A stretch of DNA of 64,000 nucleotides from the human T2T-CHM13v2.0 reference genome, Homo sapiens, in NCBI RefSeq assembly GCF_009914755.1, contig NC_060933.1. The stretch is one strand, 5' to 3'. Numbering within the stretch: the first letter of the stretch is position 1; each line of letters starts with the position of its first letter. The position numbers were made by a program, and so were the translations under genes. Shown in pieces: positions 13,905-28,254 of the stretch. The notes beneath the pieces were generated by a model, which saw only the letters and a program-made list of their open reading frames with translations, did no database searches and was not told where the DNA came from.

Positions 13905-14523
13905 GTGGTGGCTTTAATAATTAATTATTTTGTCTCCTTCATTTATTTGCCGATTATTCAAATTGTATATGTGTCACATATGCACAAATATGATTTTTCT
14001 GTACCAAGTCCATCATTTAGTCAAATAACTTGGCCTTAATAGTATTCTGGTAGTGTTCAATTTAAATGACTAGTCAACAAATAAAAATAATTACTTTGTT
14101 TCTTTTACCTTTTCTTCTCTGTTACCTTAAGTACTTACATTTGATATTTCATCACCGAATTATATATTTAGGGAGTTATTTTCAGTTCTACCCACAGTAT
14201 AAAATTTGGTTTTTATTTTTGTTAATGCTGTTTTTCCCATAAAAGATCAGAGTATTTTAAATAGGGCATTGTGTTCAGGAAACCTGTCATAGATATTATA
14301 TAAATGTTCTTTAGCTATTGACTTTTAAATGTAACATCAACTGATTAATGTACAAAAGGGATGTGCATCATGGGGATACAAACACTGACCTAACTGTAAT
14401 AACTAAATTTCAAAATGTGGTTTAAAAAAACCCAGCAAACCCTACATTAAGAATCAGGATTCTAGTCTTGGTTTTTCTACTTGGTGACAAAGTTTTGGAT
14501 CATTGGTAATATGACTAGGTTGA

Positions 14524-14746
14524 CGTAGTTTTCAAATACGTCTAAACAGTTGTATCCATTTTCCAAAGAAATCCTTCAATAGAACCCATTAGATTAAACA
14601 GGTAAAGTGAATGCGATCTGGCTGAAACTTGAAAGGAAATGTGAGGGCCTCCAAAGAAGCATGTAAATCTCCCCTTGTCTCAGTTCCCAGGCTTTCCACT
14701 TAAAGCTACCCGCAAGGCAACTTCATGGAACAGCTTAAAACCAGTG
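14524..14746 (+). mobile_element. hAT-Charlie MITE (MER112-like) within a MIR remnant
   Basis: GTAGTTTTCAAA...GAAATCCTTCAATAGAACCC...TCTGGCTGAA...CATGGAACAGCTTAAAACCAGTG, followed by MIR-like CTAGATGATCTTTAA. Confidence 0.5.
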
Positions 14747-16289
14747 AAACTAGATGATCTTTAAAATTTCTTCTAGCTTTAACATTTTATATCAAGCTGC
14801 AATAACTACATGTATCACAAAGCTTGAGTGTTTTGTTATTTTTATTGTTGTTACTTGTTTTGCTTTTAAAGTGCGTTAGAATTCATTAGGAGAAGAAAAG
14901 CTATCTCTTTTTCTATGGGCAATTATATGATGAGAAGAATCATGTCAATTTATTGCCTAGAGTCCACGGGGACATTTTGACTGGAGATAGAATCCCTTAC
15001 CTGTGAATTCCACTAGAATAAAATGGCCTAAAAATCCAACTCCATATTTTGTGTATGTAAATATTTGAGAGGTACATTGAAAAGCAGAATTAGTTCTGAT
15101 TATTTCTTTTTCTGGTGGGGAGCAGAAAGCGTAAAGGTGAATGTTCATTCCTATAAATTAGGGGCGACTGGTATAAACTTTAAGATCGCTGTTAAATGCA
15201 GAAAACATTCAATCTCTAGACCATCTGTAGCAAATTTACAGCAAACACTAATGCATCCCTGGAAACAGTTTTATGCCACAAACCAGGAATTTCTCCAAAG
15301 TTACAATTACGTGATGCAAAACAGGTAATTTTCACCCCAATCTCGTGTTTTCATTCCAGGTCTTAGTTAATGCTGTCTTGATGGTTGCTGTTTGATGAAT
15401 CAGCTTTCCTGTTAACTAGAGGTGCAGGGCCATCATCTAATGAAAACACTCTGTATTTTATTACTCCCTGGGCTGCAGTTCTGCATATTAAAATAGAATT
15501 TCAATCTCACTGTTAGAAATAAAATCAAACGTAGCATCTGTGGTTTGAACAGAACTGAGAAAAATGCTGCTCATTTAATCTTAACAATATTTTTCATGCT
15601 AGACAGTATAAAAAAAGAGGCCCTGGATATAATTTTAAAATGCCTATAAATTAGAAATAAATTGGTAGAAATCAGCACAATAGTTCAGAGCACGGGTTAG
15701 CTCATTTTACCTACAAATTTGCTGAAAGTTTTCTGTTCTAGTTATAAGTTCATGAAAATATTCACAAATTAAGGTTTCCTGCTGTTCCTCAAATATCACT
15801 GTTAGCAGATCACTTTCATTCTACTTACTGCAAGAATTGAGCCACTCTGATTACTTTCTGAACGTTTCTGTTTTATTCAGGAATCATTGCACATTCACAT
15901 TCAAGAAGAAGAAATAATTTCATAGCTAAAAGTTCAAGTCAAGGCAACATACTAATAAAAGAGTTGAAACTTCACCATCAGGTAGTTTTCACCAATCATG
16001 TACACACAAAAGTACAACAAGATCACAGGGAGACAAAGTAGCAAATTTCCCATTCATCAGTTAACAAACAACATGGCCTTATGGAGTGTGTTCAGTGTTT
16101 GCCCATCCAGCTCTTTCACCCCTGTCCTTTACTATCTCTCTCTCATTCTTTCTCTCTCTTACATACACACACTCATATACACACACAAGGCATATTAATT
16201 ATGCAAGAGTTTTTAAAGCTTCTGTGTAAGTAAAATTTTTAAGAGAGTATAATACAATAAATATAAATGCAAACCACCTATTTATACAA

Positions 16290-16530
16290 CACATACCATA
16301 TCTCAAGAATTATGCTAATCCTGTGCCCAGTCTTTATCTTGTTCAGTGTTCTCAACAATCCACAAAGTAGGAGCTATTAATAGCCTCCTTTTATCAAATG
16401 TAACTAAAATTCAAAGTACTTAAGTCATTTCTCCAGGTCATAAAACTGATATGTTTTGAAATGAGGATTTAAACTATTGGTTTTGCAATTACAAATCCCA
16501 TGCTCGTAACTTTTAAATCATATTGCTTTA
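16290..16530 (-). mobile_element. MIR
   Basis: CTCAACAATCCACAAAGTAGG...TTAAGTCATTTCTCCAGGTCAT...GGATTTAAAC. Confidence 0.55.
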
Positions 16531-17992
16531 TACAGCTAATTGTGTGGCTATATATGGGGGTTTGGTACAACTGGCATTTATATCTCTATAGAACATGGTC
16601 TTATGAGAGAAAAATACTTTGAACTTGGGAAAGAACTGGGGCTGTGTTCCATGCTTGTTCTCATTTTATTTCTACTGCCACACCTCCTGCTGTTTACCTA
16701 ATTCTTTTCTTCATCTTTTTACTCTTTCTTTGCTTCATATTTTCATCCTCAAAAGAACTCTCAACATGCACCATACAGAATCATCTTCATTCTAGTTAGC
16801 TTTTACGGAGTTAGTTAAAGCACTTTACACCTATTACCATATTTAATCCTCATCTATGCAATATGAACTATTATTATCATTACCATTTTATAGATGAGGA
16901 AGTTAAATCTTTGACCAGGTAACTGTTGCTCCTCTTCAAAACCCACACACATAAGATTATTACACTGTTTAAAACAGACAGAATTGGGGAGAAAAAGATA
17001 AAATGTTGGTATCAAGAAGAAAAAAAAACTGTAAGAAGTTTTATGGTATTTCAGCTAAACTCATCTTCCCTCAAATTAAATAGCACAACTGAGAGCCTTC
17101 TAGCCTCTTCAGCGTCAAACACATGTTTGCCAGAGCATCTATTGTTCGGTTCTGGAGTTTCTGCAGGAATTTTACATAGTTTATTGTATTAAATTTAGCT
17201 CTCAAAGAACTTATAATTTAACCAGACAATTTTAGACATAATATTCTAACATGAAGTGCCACCCCCAACTACTTGCTACCAGGTTCCTTTGACTATAACC
17301 TCTCTTTCAGAATTTCTCTTGCTTTTTACTCTTAATATACTACCAGAACATGACCCCAGGGTCTATGCATTACCTCAGGGTTTTTTCAGTCTCAGGTTTG
17401 GACTTTAATTTTCCTTGGCTACTGTATTTCCTGCCAAAGACATGAAACGGGCTAATGTACTGAAAGTTGCAGAATTTTATTATATGGAAGATAAACACAC
17501 TTTGGGAAAAATTACTCTATTGTTAATGTGAGTGATCTTGAAAGCCAAACACCACCTCAGTTCTTTACATTAAATTTTGACAAAAGAATACACACCATAC
17601 GCTAAGTAGTAAGGTGAATTCACAGATTGAAAGCCCTTAAAAGATTCACTTTTTCAATTTAAGTTAGGTGAAACAGTTATTTCCCCCTCTTTAGAGAAGA
17701 ATTAGTAGCCATAAAAACTAGTAAGTGATTTCTACAAGGTTACAGGACAACGTTAGCAGGTCGAAAGGCTGAAACTTTGGGCACCTTTTTCTTTTATTTG
17801 ACAAATGGGGCGGGGAGGGGGGTCAGTAGCATTTAATATGTGTCTTCAGTAAAATTCTTGCGTGTGGGAAGTATTAGCTATCTTTTTTACAGATGGAAAA
17901 GCACAGGCTCAGAAAGGTTTGTTTATTTATCAGTAGTCAAACCTATTTGAAAATGGCCTATCCATTTTCAAAACTCAAGATCTTTGTATAAA

Positions 17993-18248
17993 TAGTCATT
18001 CACCATATAAAGACATTTTAGTCAACAATGGACCACTTATATAACAGAGGTCCCACAAGATTATAGTACTGAATGCTGGGGACAGGTTTTTAGCCTAAGG
18101 GCACTAGGATACACCAAATAGCCTACGTAGATAGAAGGCTGTACCATCTACATTTGCGTAAGTACACTCTATGATGTTTGCACAAAATGAAATTGCCTGA
18201 GGAAACGTTTCTCCAAATGTATACCTGTCATTAAGTGACACATGACTA
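17993..18248 (+). mobile_element. Tigger3 (Tigger3a-like, internally deleted) DNA transposon
   Basis: TIR-like ends AGTCATTCACCATATAA / TTAAGTGACACATGACT; GGTCCCACAAGATTAT; GTAAGTACACTCTATGATGTTTGCAC. Confidence 0.88.
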
Positions 18249-18817
18249 TACCACAGCAGCCTTCTTAAATGTGCCAGTAATTAATAATGTGTCAACAGTT
18301 CGCATCTCTACATATAATAAAGAAAATAATAAAAGTTGTTCTAACACATTATGAGAAAAGAAAACATAACTAATCATTTAAGTAACTTTCTTATCTTTAT
18401 CAATATTCCACATAAACTTGATTCACCTTGTTAAACATAGCCAATCCAGTAATTTCCTGGAACACTTAGACAAAGATGTACATAGTAATTTAAACTCTTA
18501 CATGACTCCATCTTGTTATGGGTTGATAGAAATAAGACATGATTTCTAATCACTATATGCTTAAGGTTTAGTTGAGAAGGGTGAAAAAACGTAGAACACT
18601 TACAGACCTATCCCCATCTAATGTTAAATTGTGTGGCTTTTAAGTGCGGAAGAAAGATACATTGGGTTGTGTTTCTGCGACCCAAGTTTCACTGTGGGGG
18701 TTGCAGGGTTTGACTTAAGCTGTGTATTAAAGCAATTATAAGGTTTCTATTTGTGAGTGTGGGAATAAGTTTACATTTTAGATAACATGATGACCTTAAG
18801 ATAATGAAAGTGTTATT

Positions 18818-19234
18818 AATTCCTCAATTCCTAATATTCAGCCCTGAAATCCACAAAGTTCTGAAAAATGAAAGTTTTTGTAACACACTTATTGATAAAA
18901 TAGGACCTGAACTGACGTAAAGATTTTAATAGTCTATATGTATCACAATTAGTGTGAGTCTTTACCTATTTAGCTGAAAAATATTAATATGTTGATTTAA
19001 GGATGCTGCCTTGGATCTAACTAGGATTGCTACATAGTTTACAGATATGCCTCCATTAGTATCTTTCCAAGATCTAAAGATTTCTGAAATCTTTTCTACA
19101 TCTGATCCCTAAACAGCCATGTTTAGACACATAGAGCCCAGCATCATTGGGTTAAATTTATTCTTCCACTTTGGTGTGCCATACTTATAATATGGATTAC
19201 CCAAGCGTTCTGAGTAAACGATTATGATACTTTA
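18818..19234 (-). mobile_element. MER46C (TcMar-Tigger) interrupted by a 92-bp insertion
   Basis: GACCTGAACTGACGT, ATTAGTGTGAGT, AATATTAATATGTTGATT, CTACATCTGATCC; terminal part resumes as CCAAGCGTTCTGAGTAAACGATTATG at 19201. Confidence 0.75.
19111..19202 (+). repeat. Dispersed direct repeat, copy A (92 bp)
   Basis: Matches 20345-20436 with 4 substitutions. Confidence 0.97.
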
Positions 19235-20344
19235 TTTGTGTTGAGGATTGAGAAGAAGAACTAAGATGTTGAGGAGACCAGAGTGTATGGTGCAAAATGA
19301 AGCTGATTACATAGCCCCTTAAAAATTGGTTAATAATAGAAATTAATGCGGGAGGCATTGAGTAGGTGTTATTAACAGTGATATTTATAGGGAAGGGTTG
19401 CCTGTCAATGCATTTGATATAGATTGGATGGAGGAAAGAAAGAGAAATGTAAAACAACAACACAAAATATCAAAAAAATACTGTAATACTTCTCAACTTT
19501 GCAACTGTAAGGTCATGAGCAAGCTAAACCTTCTGACTGCATTTCCTTTCACATAAAACAAATAATAGCATGTAAATTATTAGGGTGTTATGAACATTAA
19601 ATGTTTTAATGCACGTAAGCCACCTAAAAAGTTTCTGGTATATATGAAGGGCCCAACTAACATATGTAATTGTCATTCTCATTATTAGCAGAGAAAGACT
19701 CTGTCAAAAATGTGGCAGGACAAGGAATTCAAGACATAGTTTAAAGAAAATTATAAGACTAACGAATGTGGATAAGAATAGAAGCAAATGTCAAAATTGA
19801 CCCTAAAGTTTCTTCTCCCAGGAAATGGGGAAAAATGGCCTTACTATACAAGAAAGAAATATAAACACTGTTATGGCTTTATTTGTTCGCCTCAAGGTCC
19901 GAGGGTAGATGCTCTGATTTTTGGAAAAGACAGATAAAAATATCATGAAAATTATTGTCACCTAAATCAAATGCAGGAAAGATAATATATCAATAGAATC
20001 ATGCAAATCTCTAGTAGATGTAGGATTCATAACTGATAAACCACTAGGATATCAAATGGGCAAACAGATGAAAAGTTTGTCACTTTTTTTGTTTTTTTCC
20101 CCATAAAATGTTAAAATAACTAAATGACAAAAATTCATCTCATTTCCGTGATTCAAATATGGTCAACTTGCCTTGTATATTACTAACTAGCCCATGGGAA
20201 TGTCAAAATACCACTTGAACCAGCACAGAATCAAGCTACTGGTAGAGTAGGAAACACACCATGGACAGGGAATTGTCCTAGTGGAGGGTTGAAGGCATAC
20301 CTTATAGGCATATCTCTGTCTAACTGTAGAATCCCTTCTCTTCA

Positions 20345-20436
20345 AAACAGCCATGCTTAGACACATAGAGCCCAGCATCATTGAGTTAAATTTATTATTC
20401 CACTTTGGTGTGCTATACTTATAATATGGATTACCC
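20345..20436 (+). repeat. Dispersed direct repeat, copy B (probable donor)
   Basis: Matches 19111-19202 with 4 substitutions. Confidence 0.97.
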
Positions 20437-21209
20437 TAGCAAAGAATATGATCAAACTTTCCCTGGAATATTCCTAATAAATAAAAAAATGTATTGAGCA
20501 AAAATGATAATGTAGGGAGAGAGAGTTTGCTTTATCTAGGGATATACCAGAGGAATATTTTAACAAATAAAAATTTCCATTATAAACTAAAAATTAAGCT
20601 CTTCACTGCACATACAAAAATAAAAGGTATAATTCCTGTGTTCTTGGGTGTTAAAATGCCTGAAACCAGATTCCAACTGAGCATCCTGAGTCACCAGTCT
20701 GGAATAGATTCCTGTCCTGAACATAGAATATGGCTCACTTAATGCCAGACTTTCGCTGTTACTGGTGTGTTGAAGTGCTTAAGCTGTAACATGCGTCAAA
20801 TTTAATTCAAATGTTTACTGCCATTTGCTAAGTTTCTGATCCTGGACAACTTAATTTTCTGCCTGTTCATTGTTTTCACTGACAAAATTCAGATAATAAT
20901 ATATTTCCTATAGCACCATTGTTCTTACTGAACATATATAAAGAGTTCAGCAAAGATAGAGAAGATACTCAACAAATATGAGTTCTCTTTCTAATGCTAA
21001 TGTCTCGCCCTGGTTTTCTGTGTCCCTTCAATTCCTGTGGCTTCCTGGTTCCAGATGTATCTCAGTCTTTTGACAACCCTACTGGCTTTATCCCTTGGTG
21101 ATAAAAAGAGCAAGATCTTATTAACTGGTTCATTACGGGTTTTTCTGCACTAACGTATGTTACATAAAGCAACAGAGATTAACATGTGTCTAAAATATAA
21201 CAATGGCAA

Positions 21210-21430
21210 AAACGTTTTAATTGCTTACTATGCGTTCAGGCCCTATACTAAGAGCTTTTACATGTATTTTCTCATTTTATCTTTATAATTGTTTTAAGAG
21301 GTAGATTCTATTTCTTTTTCCAGTTTTTAAATACAGAAAAAATAAGACTCAAAGAGCTTAATAACTCCCCTTCTATTGCAGGCCTACTAAGCAATAGTGC
21401 CTGATTCTAAAACAGACACTCCTGGCTGTA
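21210..21430 (-). mobile_element. MIR
   Basis: GCTTACTATGCG..CTAAGAGCTTTTACATGTATT..GAGGTAGATTCTATT..GACTCAAAGAGCTTAATAACT. Confidence 0.65.
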
Positions 21431-21523
21431 AAAACCTTACTTTGCCTGAGACATGGTAAAACTATGACAACTTCCAAAGTGCTTACATGCCTCAGAAATT
21501 TTATCACAAATTTTAAAATGAAT

Positions 21524-22014
21524 TGTATTAGTTTTCTATTATTGTTTTCACAATTGGCCACAAATGTGGTGGATTAAAACAACACAAATTTAATCTCTTA
21601 CAGTTTTGAATGTCAGAAGTCCAACATCATTTCTGCTGAGCTTAAGTCAAGGTGTCAGCAGGTCTAGTTCCTTCTCAAGGCACTGAGGGGGAAATCTGTT
21701 TCGTTGCTTTTTTCAGCTTCTAGTGACTGCCCGTATTCTTTGGCTTATAATCAGTTTTCAAAAAGTATCTCACTGTATTCTCTAATTTGGTATCACATTG
21801 CCTTCTTCTCTGACTCTGACACCCCCTACCTCCCTCTTATAAGGACCACTGTGAAGATACTGGGCCCACCTGGATAGTACAGGTTAATCTTCCCATCCCC
21901 AAATCATACTTGAACAGCATCTACAAAGTTCCTTTTCTAATATAAAATAATATTTACAGATTCCAAGGACTAGAGCATGAATATATTTGTAGGGTCATTA
22001 TTTAATCTGCCATG
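21524..22014 (-). mobile_element. MLT1D-like MaLR solo LTR
   Basis: TGTATTAGTTTTCTATT, TTAAAACAACACAAATTT, TCAAGGTGTCAGCAGG, CTTATAAGGACCACTGTGA, GGGCCCACCTGGATA. Confidence 0.88.
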
Positions 22015-23669
22015 TGTATTTTACTTGTATTCACATTAACTCTAAAAGTACATGAATAGAAAAGTTACCTTGGAAAGTTTTAATGAAATTAAATACAGTC
22101 TTCTAAATCACTGTTACAGTTTTGGAATTATAATAGAAATATTGTTATTTAGTCTTATCTACTAAATGAAAAAATATCTTCCAAAATACTGAAAAACATA
22201 AATTACTAAATTAATGTCAGTATTAATAAACCAGAATTGTTTAAAGCAGCATAGCATCTCTATGTACATAAAACAACAGATTTTTCTCCAATAAACACTT
22301 GTTAATGGAACAGATGTATTAAACGAATACATTTTTATGTAACAAGGATATCTATTACTTAAGCTGCTTCTGTACTCACTTTCTTCTGTTTCTATTCAAA
22401 TACAATGCATTATATTCATATTCAGTCGTATTAGCCACAGTTCCCAATGTACTTGTTTATCTGATGCAAGGTTAATGTGGTATCAAGGAATTTTATGGAA
22501 TTAGAATTTCTCGTTATTGAACAAGAGTTACAACATCACCATCAAAGGCTTTGTATCAAATGTGATACAAAGGGAAGGAAAAAATTAAAAACTAATATAA
22601 ACTAGGGCAGAATATTCTGATAATGACTTTCTCACATGGCATTTCATATTGTGCATGTTATGAATTGGTCCAGCATGCCAGAAAACTATATCTTTAATTG
22701 GCTTTATAACCATCTTTCCAGCCTCTGAAAGATATTAGCTAATAAAAGAGAACATGGCTTGCATTATTTAGGGCCTGAGTAATTAGGAAGTCAATCTCCA
22801 GACAAAGCTGATATGCTTCATTATTGGAAAAGCGGAGGCTACCACATTAACTACATCTTTGCTCTCTGAAAGGCACCCAACGACATGGTAGTCAGAGATC
22901 TGCTTCAGTATCCTCTCTGATCTGAATTGCTTGCAATGTACAGAAAACTTGTTTTTCTTTAATTTGAATTTAAATAACAGTCCCTACCAACTGGTTGAGA
23001 AACATTAGTACTTTTAGTTTCCTTTGGGATAAAAGAAACTGGTTTATGTATCACAGACCACATCTAATTCTTAGTCTCTCATTCAGTCAAAGCAGCATTT
23101 GCTATTACATGCACTGAAATTGGAAAGTGCTGACCAAGGGAAAAATAAATTAAAAGGAAATTAAATTCTCTCTCACAGATGGAGAGAGTCAATCAGTTAT
23201 GAACTTCAGTGAAGTAAAAATGTAATATGCAGTGGCTCAGGATTTTGTTTTTGTCTGTGTGTATTGTGCAAGAATGTATATGTGTGCGTGTGCATATCTG
23301 CATTAGAAACACAGAAAATTCTCAGGCCTCCTAAGAATGTTGACATTGAAATGAACAACAGGCATTGGGTGTAACAAGAGTTCTTTCAAGTGAACACTAG
23401 AGCATAGTGTCCATGGCTTCATGTTTAGGTGAAGGTAGAAATAGGTGTGTCCACACTTTGATTTTAAGGACTAATTGTCAGTGATTCTTTAGACCCCAAT
23501 TCAATTCACTTCAGTAATTTGGGTACTTACTACGTGCAAAACTCTTAGTTGAGTCCTAAGATATGTTCAACGTTATATAAGACTAGCCTTTGCCCATAAT
23601 GTATATGTGATATAATAGCCCTGTTACATAATTTAAGAGGTATTGCGGAGACTTTAAAAAGATAATAAT

Positions 23670-23895
23670 CAATGACTCATTTTCTTAAAAATAAATGTCA
23701 TGAAAATGGAGGAACTGTTATGATCATTAGAAGACACTTAGACATCAACAATATGTGTGGAATTTGTTTATATCCTAATCTGAACAAACCAACTATAAGA
23801 AGATAACTTTAAAACAATTCAGAAAAAGTGAGCACAGATGAGGTATTAGATGATATTGCAGGGAAAAATTATGTGGTCTAATTTTGTTTTTAAAT
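23670..23895 (+). mobile_element. Old L1 (L1MC/L1ME) 3' UTR fragment
   Basis: ATCCTAATCTGAACAAACCAACTATAA...GGTATTAGATGATATT. Confidence 0.55.
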
Positions 23896-24026
23896 GAAAA
23901 TAATTAACTTGAACTGGCAAGCCAGGTTTGGATTCTCCATTAAAATCACCAGTAACCTGAGTAAAATTATTAGGTGATACTTTTGCATTTTGATGTTGAT
24001 TAAAATAGGTTACTCCTGCACCCCTA

Positions 24027-24076
24027 CGCGGGCACGCTCACGTGCACGCATGCACACACACATACACACACACACA
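24027..24076. repeat. Mixed (CG/CA)n purine-pyrimidine tract
   Basis: CGCGGGCACGCTCACGTGCACGCATGCACACACACATACACACACACACA. Confidence 0.8.
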
Positions 24077-25029
24077 TGAGCACTCTAATTTCCTTAACCT
24101 TAGAGTATTTGGCCTTTTCTGTTTCATTTTATATGCCAGAAAACTGACATAACATTACTGAGTTGAAGTCAGAGGTAAATAGCAACCAGTGCTAGCTTCC
24201 TCACTTGGTAGTTAGGTAACTTGGCCAGGTTACTTAAAAAACCCCAGATGCTACATTCTCATCATTTGTGAGATGAAATCATATTACTGATCATATTAGT
24301 AACCACCGTTGTGATTGGGGAGAGGATTTAATGAGAGTGTGTCACACAGTGCAAATAGCTTAGAGGAAATAAATTAGAAGGACTATCTGAAAATAACTAT
24401 CTTAGAATTCATGGCAATGGTTAAAGTAGCATAAAGTTTCCATTATATGTACTTTCTACTTCCTCTCATGTGATGTTCAGAGAACGCTAAAATCGGGAAG
24501 GGAATGTACTGTGGAAAATACCTAAGTCAGAAGTCATACTTTAAAAGCCAGAAATATTACAAGCTTACTCCCCAGGGTTCTCAGTATCAAGATAAAAAAA
24601 AATACCCAGTTTATATAAGCTAAACTATGCATTTCAAATTATCTCAGTGATTCAAAGGGTCTTAGCTACAAAAAAAGTGACTTTTAAGACTGTGAAGAAG
24701 GGATAAAATATAAATATAATCAGAGAGATACATACTAGAGGCTTACGAAGATTCATAAGCAAAATACATAATTTCTAGTTTGGGAGAACAATGAAAGCTT
24801 CATGGAAGAAGCAGCCTTTGAAATGGGTTATAGAAAACCGTGATTTTGACAATAAGCTGAGGATAAAAGGAGGATATGTCAAAAGCAGGGAGTAGTCGGA
24901 ACAAAAGCAGGCAAACCAGTATGGACAAGGGTTACCTTCCGTATCTCCACAAATGTTGAGTAGTAGACCACAATAAAAATCACTGGAAGATACTTTTCTT
25001 CAAGATTTGACTTTGGAATCTTAAAAACA

Positions 25030-26010
25030 TTTATTTTTAAGTTTTATTGACTTTGTTTAATATATTTGGAGATATAATTGATATTTACATGTGCAATTCA
25101 ATTTAATAAGTTTGACATAGGTATATAACTGCAAAATGAACATTACATTCAAGATAGTGAACGTATCCATAACTCCTAGAAGTTTCCCATGTCCCTTTGT
25201 GATCTCCCCCAACTCCCTATCCCAAGTAACTACCGATTTGTTTTCTGTCACTATGAATTGGGTTACACTGATATACCTATGTACATATATCAATCTGGAG
25301 ATTTACATAAATACAAGTACATATTATGTACTCTTTTATATCTAGTTCTTTGACTCTATACATGTTGTGAGATTCATTCATGTTGTTGCATATATTGAGT
25401 TCAATCCTTATTGCTGAGTAGTATTCTGTTATTTAAATATACCAATTTGTTTACCCATTCATTTATTGATGGACATTTGGGTTGTTTTCATTTTTGACTA
25501 TTCTAAACAAAGAAGCTATGAGCATTTAGGTATAAATTTTTCTATGGATATAGGCTTTATTTTCCTTTGGGTAAATAATTAGGACTGGAATTGATAATTT
25601 ATATGGTATATATGTGCCTAATATTTTTGAAACTTCTAATTTTTTCCCCAAAGTGTTTGTATTATTTTACATTTCTATCAGCAGTACGTGAAAATTGTAG
25701 CTCTTTCACATTCTCAATAGCATTTGATATTGTCGATCTATTTAAGTATATCATCTAGAAGAAGTGTAGCAGTATTTCATTGTGGTTTTAATTTGAATTT
25801 ACCTGATAACTAATGATGTAGAGCATCTTTCATGTGCTTATTTTCAATGGGCATACATTCTTTGGTAAAATGTTCAAATATTTTGCTAAATTTTTAGTAG
25901 GTTATTTGGTTATAAATAAGTGTTTAAATGTGCATTGAAAACTGAAAAAAAAAACTTTGTCAGATTTATTCCTAGTTATTTCAGATTGTCTTTGTAAATG
26001 GTATTGTCAC
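25030..26010 (-). mobile_element. Old L1 (L1MC/L1ME-type) 3' end and ORF2 remnant
   Basis: GATGGACATTTGGGTTGTTTT, CATTGTGGTTTTAATTTG, GATAACTAATGATGTAGAGCATCTTTCATGTGCTTATT. Confidence 0.85.
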
Positions 26011-27763
26011 TGTAAGTGCATTTCGTACATTCAAAAAGTTGAGTAGAGACAACAAAGATATAAAAATATAAAAATAGAACTTCTTATAAATATGAAAACT
26101 CCAATGTCTATATGCAAAAATATTGTGGAAAGGATTGATGCAATTACACACTGCAAAGAAATGAGCTCTACATTGAATAGAAATAGCAAGAGATGGAGAG
26201 CATCCTTGCCTTACTCCAGATCTTAAACTAAAAGTTTTTTATTTTCACTACTGAATATGATGTTTAACTGTGGACTTTTCATATAGATGGTCTTTATTGT
26301 ATTGACAAAATTTCACTCTATATCTAAGAATTTTTGAGCTTTTATTATGAAATGTTGTTGAATTTCACCAAATGCTTTCCGGCATCTATTATGATGGTCA
26401 TATGATTTTTGAATCCTTTGTTCTGTTGGTGTGATGTCTTTGCCAGATAAATTAGGCAAGAAAAAGAAATAAAAGGCATCCAAATCAGAAAATAAGAAGT
26501 AAAATTATCTTTGTTTTCAGATGACATGAACTTAGATGTAGAAAACTCACAAGACTCCATGCAAAAAAACCTATTAGAATTAATAAACAAATTCAGTAAA
26601 GTTGGAGTACACAAAATCAGCATATAAAAATGAGCAGTGTTTCTATACACTAACAGCCAAATATCTGAAAAAAATTTAGAAAACCATCCCATTTACCATA
26701 GCACCTAAAATAATAAAATGCTTAGGAATAAACTTAACCGAGGAGCTGAAAGAGTTTTGTACACTGACACCTATAAAACATTCATGAAAGAAATTCAAGC
26801 AGATACAAATAAAATAGGAATCTCATGGTTAGGGTTCGAAAAAAATTAGTATTGTTAATTAAATATTCATACTACCCAAACTGGTCTACAGATTTAATGC
26901 AATCTCTATCAAAATCCTTTTGGCATTTTTTACAAAAAAGAGAAAATCATAAAATTAATTGCAAACCACAAAAGACCTCAAACAGTCAAAAGAAAGTTTG
27001 ATCAAGAACAAAGCGGGAGGAATCCATGTACTACTTTCAAAATACATTAGAAAACTACAGTAATGAAAACTCTGTGGTACTGGCATAAAGATAGACAAAA
27101 TAAGTGAGCCCAGAAACAAAACTAGGGATATATGGTCAGTTGATCTTAAACAAGGTTGCCAAGAATATACAATAGAGAAAGGATACTTTCTTCAACAAGA
27201 AGTATTGGGAAAACTGGATATCTACATGCAAAAAAGAAAAAAAAAAACGAACTCTTGTCTTTCATGGTACACAAAAATTAACTCATAATGGTTAAAGATT
27301 AAACACAGGACCTGAAATTATAAAGCTCCTAAAAGGAAACATAGAGGAAAATCTTCTTGACATTGGTCTTAGGAATAATTGTTTGGATATGATGCTTAAA
27401 GCAAAGGCAACAAAGCAAAAATAATCAAGCAGGATTGCATTCAATTAAAATGTTTCTGGAGAGTGGAAGAAACAATCCACATAATAAAAAGTCGACCTAT
27501 GAAATAAAATATTTGCAAACTATGTGTCTGGTAAAGGGTTAATATTCAGAAATATAAGGAACTCCTACATCTCAAAAGCAATAAATCTCAATTTTAAAAT
27601 GGGCAAAATAATTGTATAGACATTTTCCAAAACAAGACATACCAATGACCAACAAGCTTATGAAAAGGCGTCAATATCATTATCATCAGGGAAATGTATA
27701 TCAAAACAACAATGAGATACCACCTCATATCTGTTAGGATGGCCAGTATAAGAGAAAATAAAT

Positions 27764-28084
<321 letters not shown>

Positions 28085-28254
28085 AAACCCAAAAGATAAC
28101 AAGAGTTGGCAAGGATGTAGAGAAAAAGAAACACTTGTACATGTTGATGGGAATGTAAATTAGTGCAGTCACTCTGGAAAACAGTATGAGGGATCCTCCA
28201 AAAATTAAAAATAGAACTTCTATATGATCCAGTCCCACTTCTGAATATGTATCC

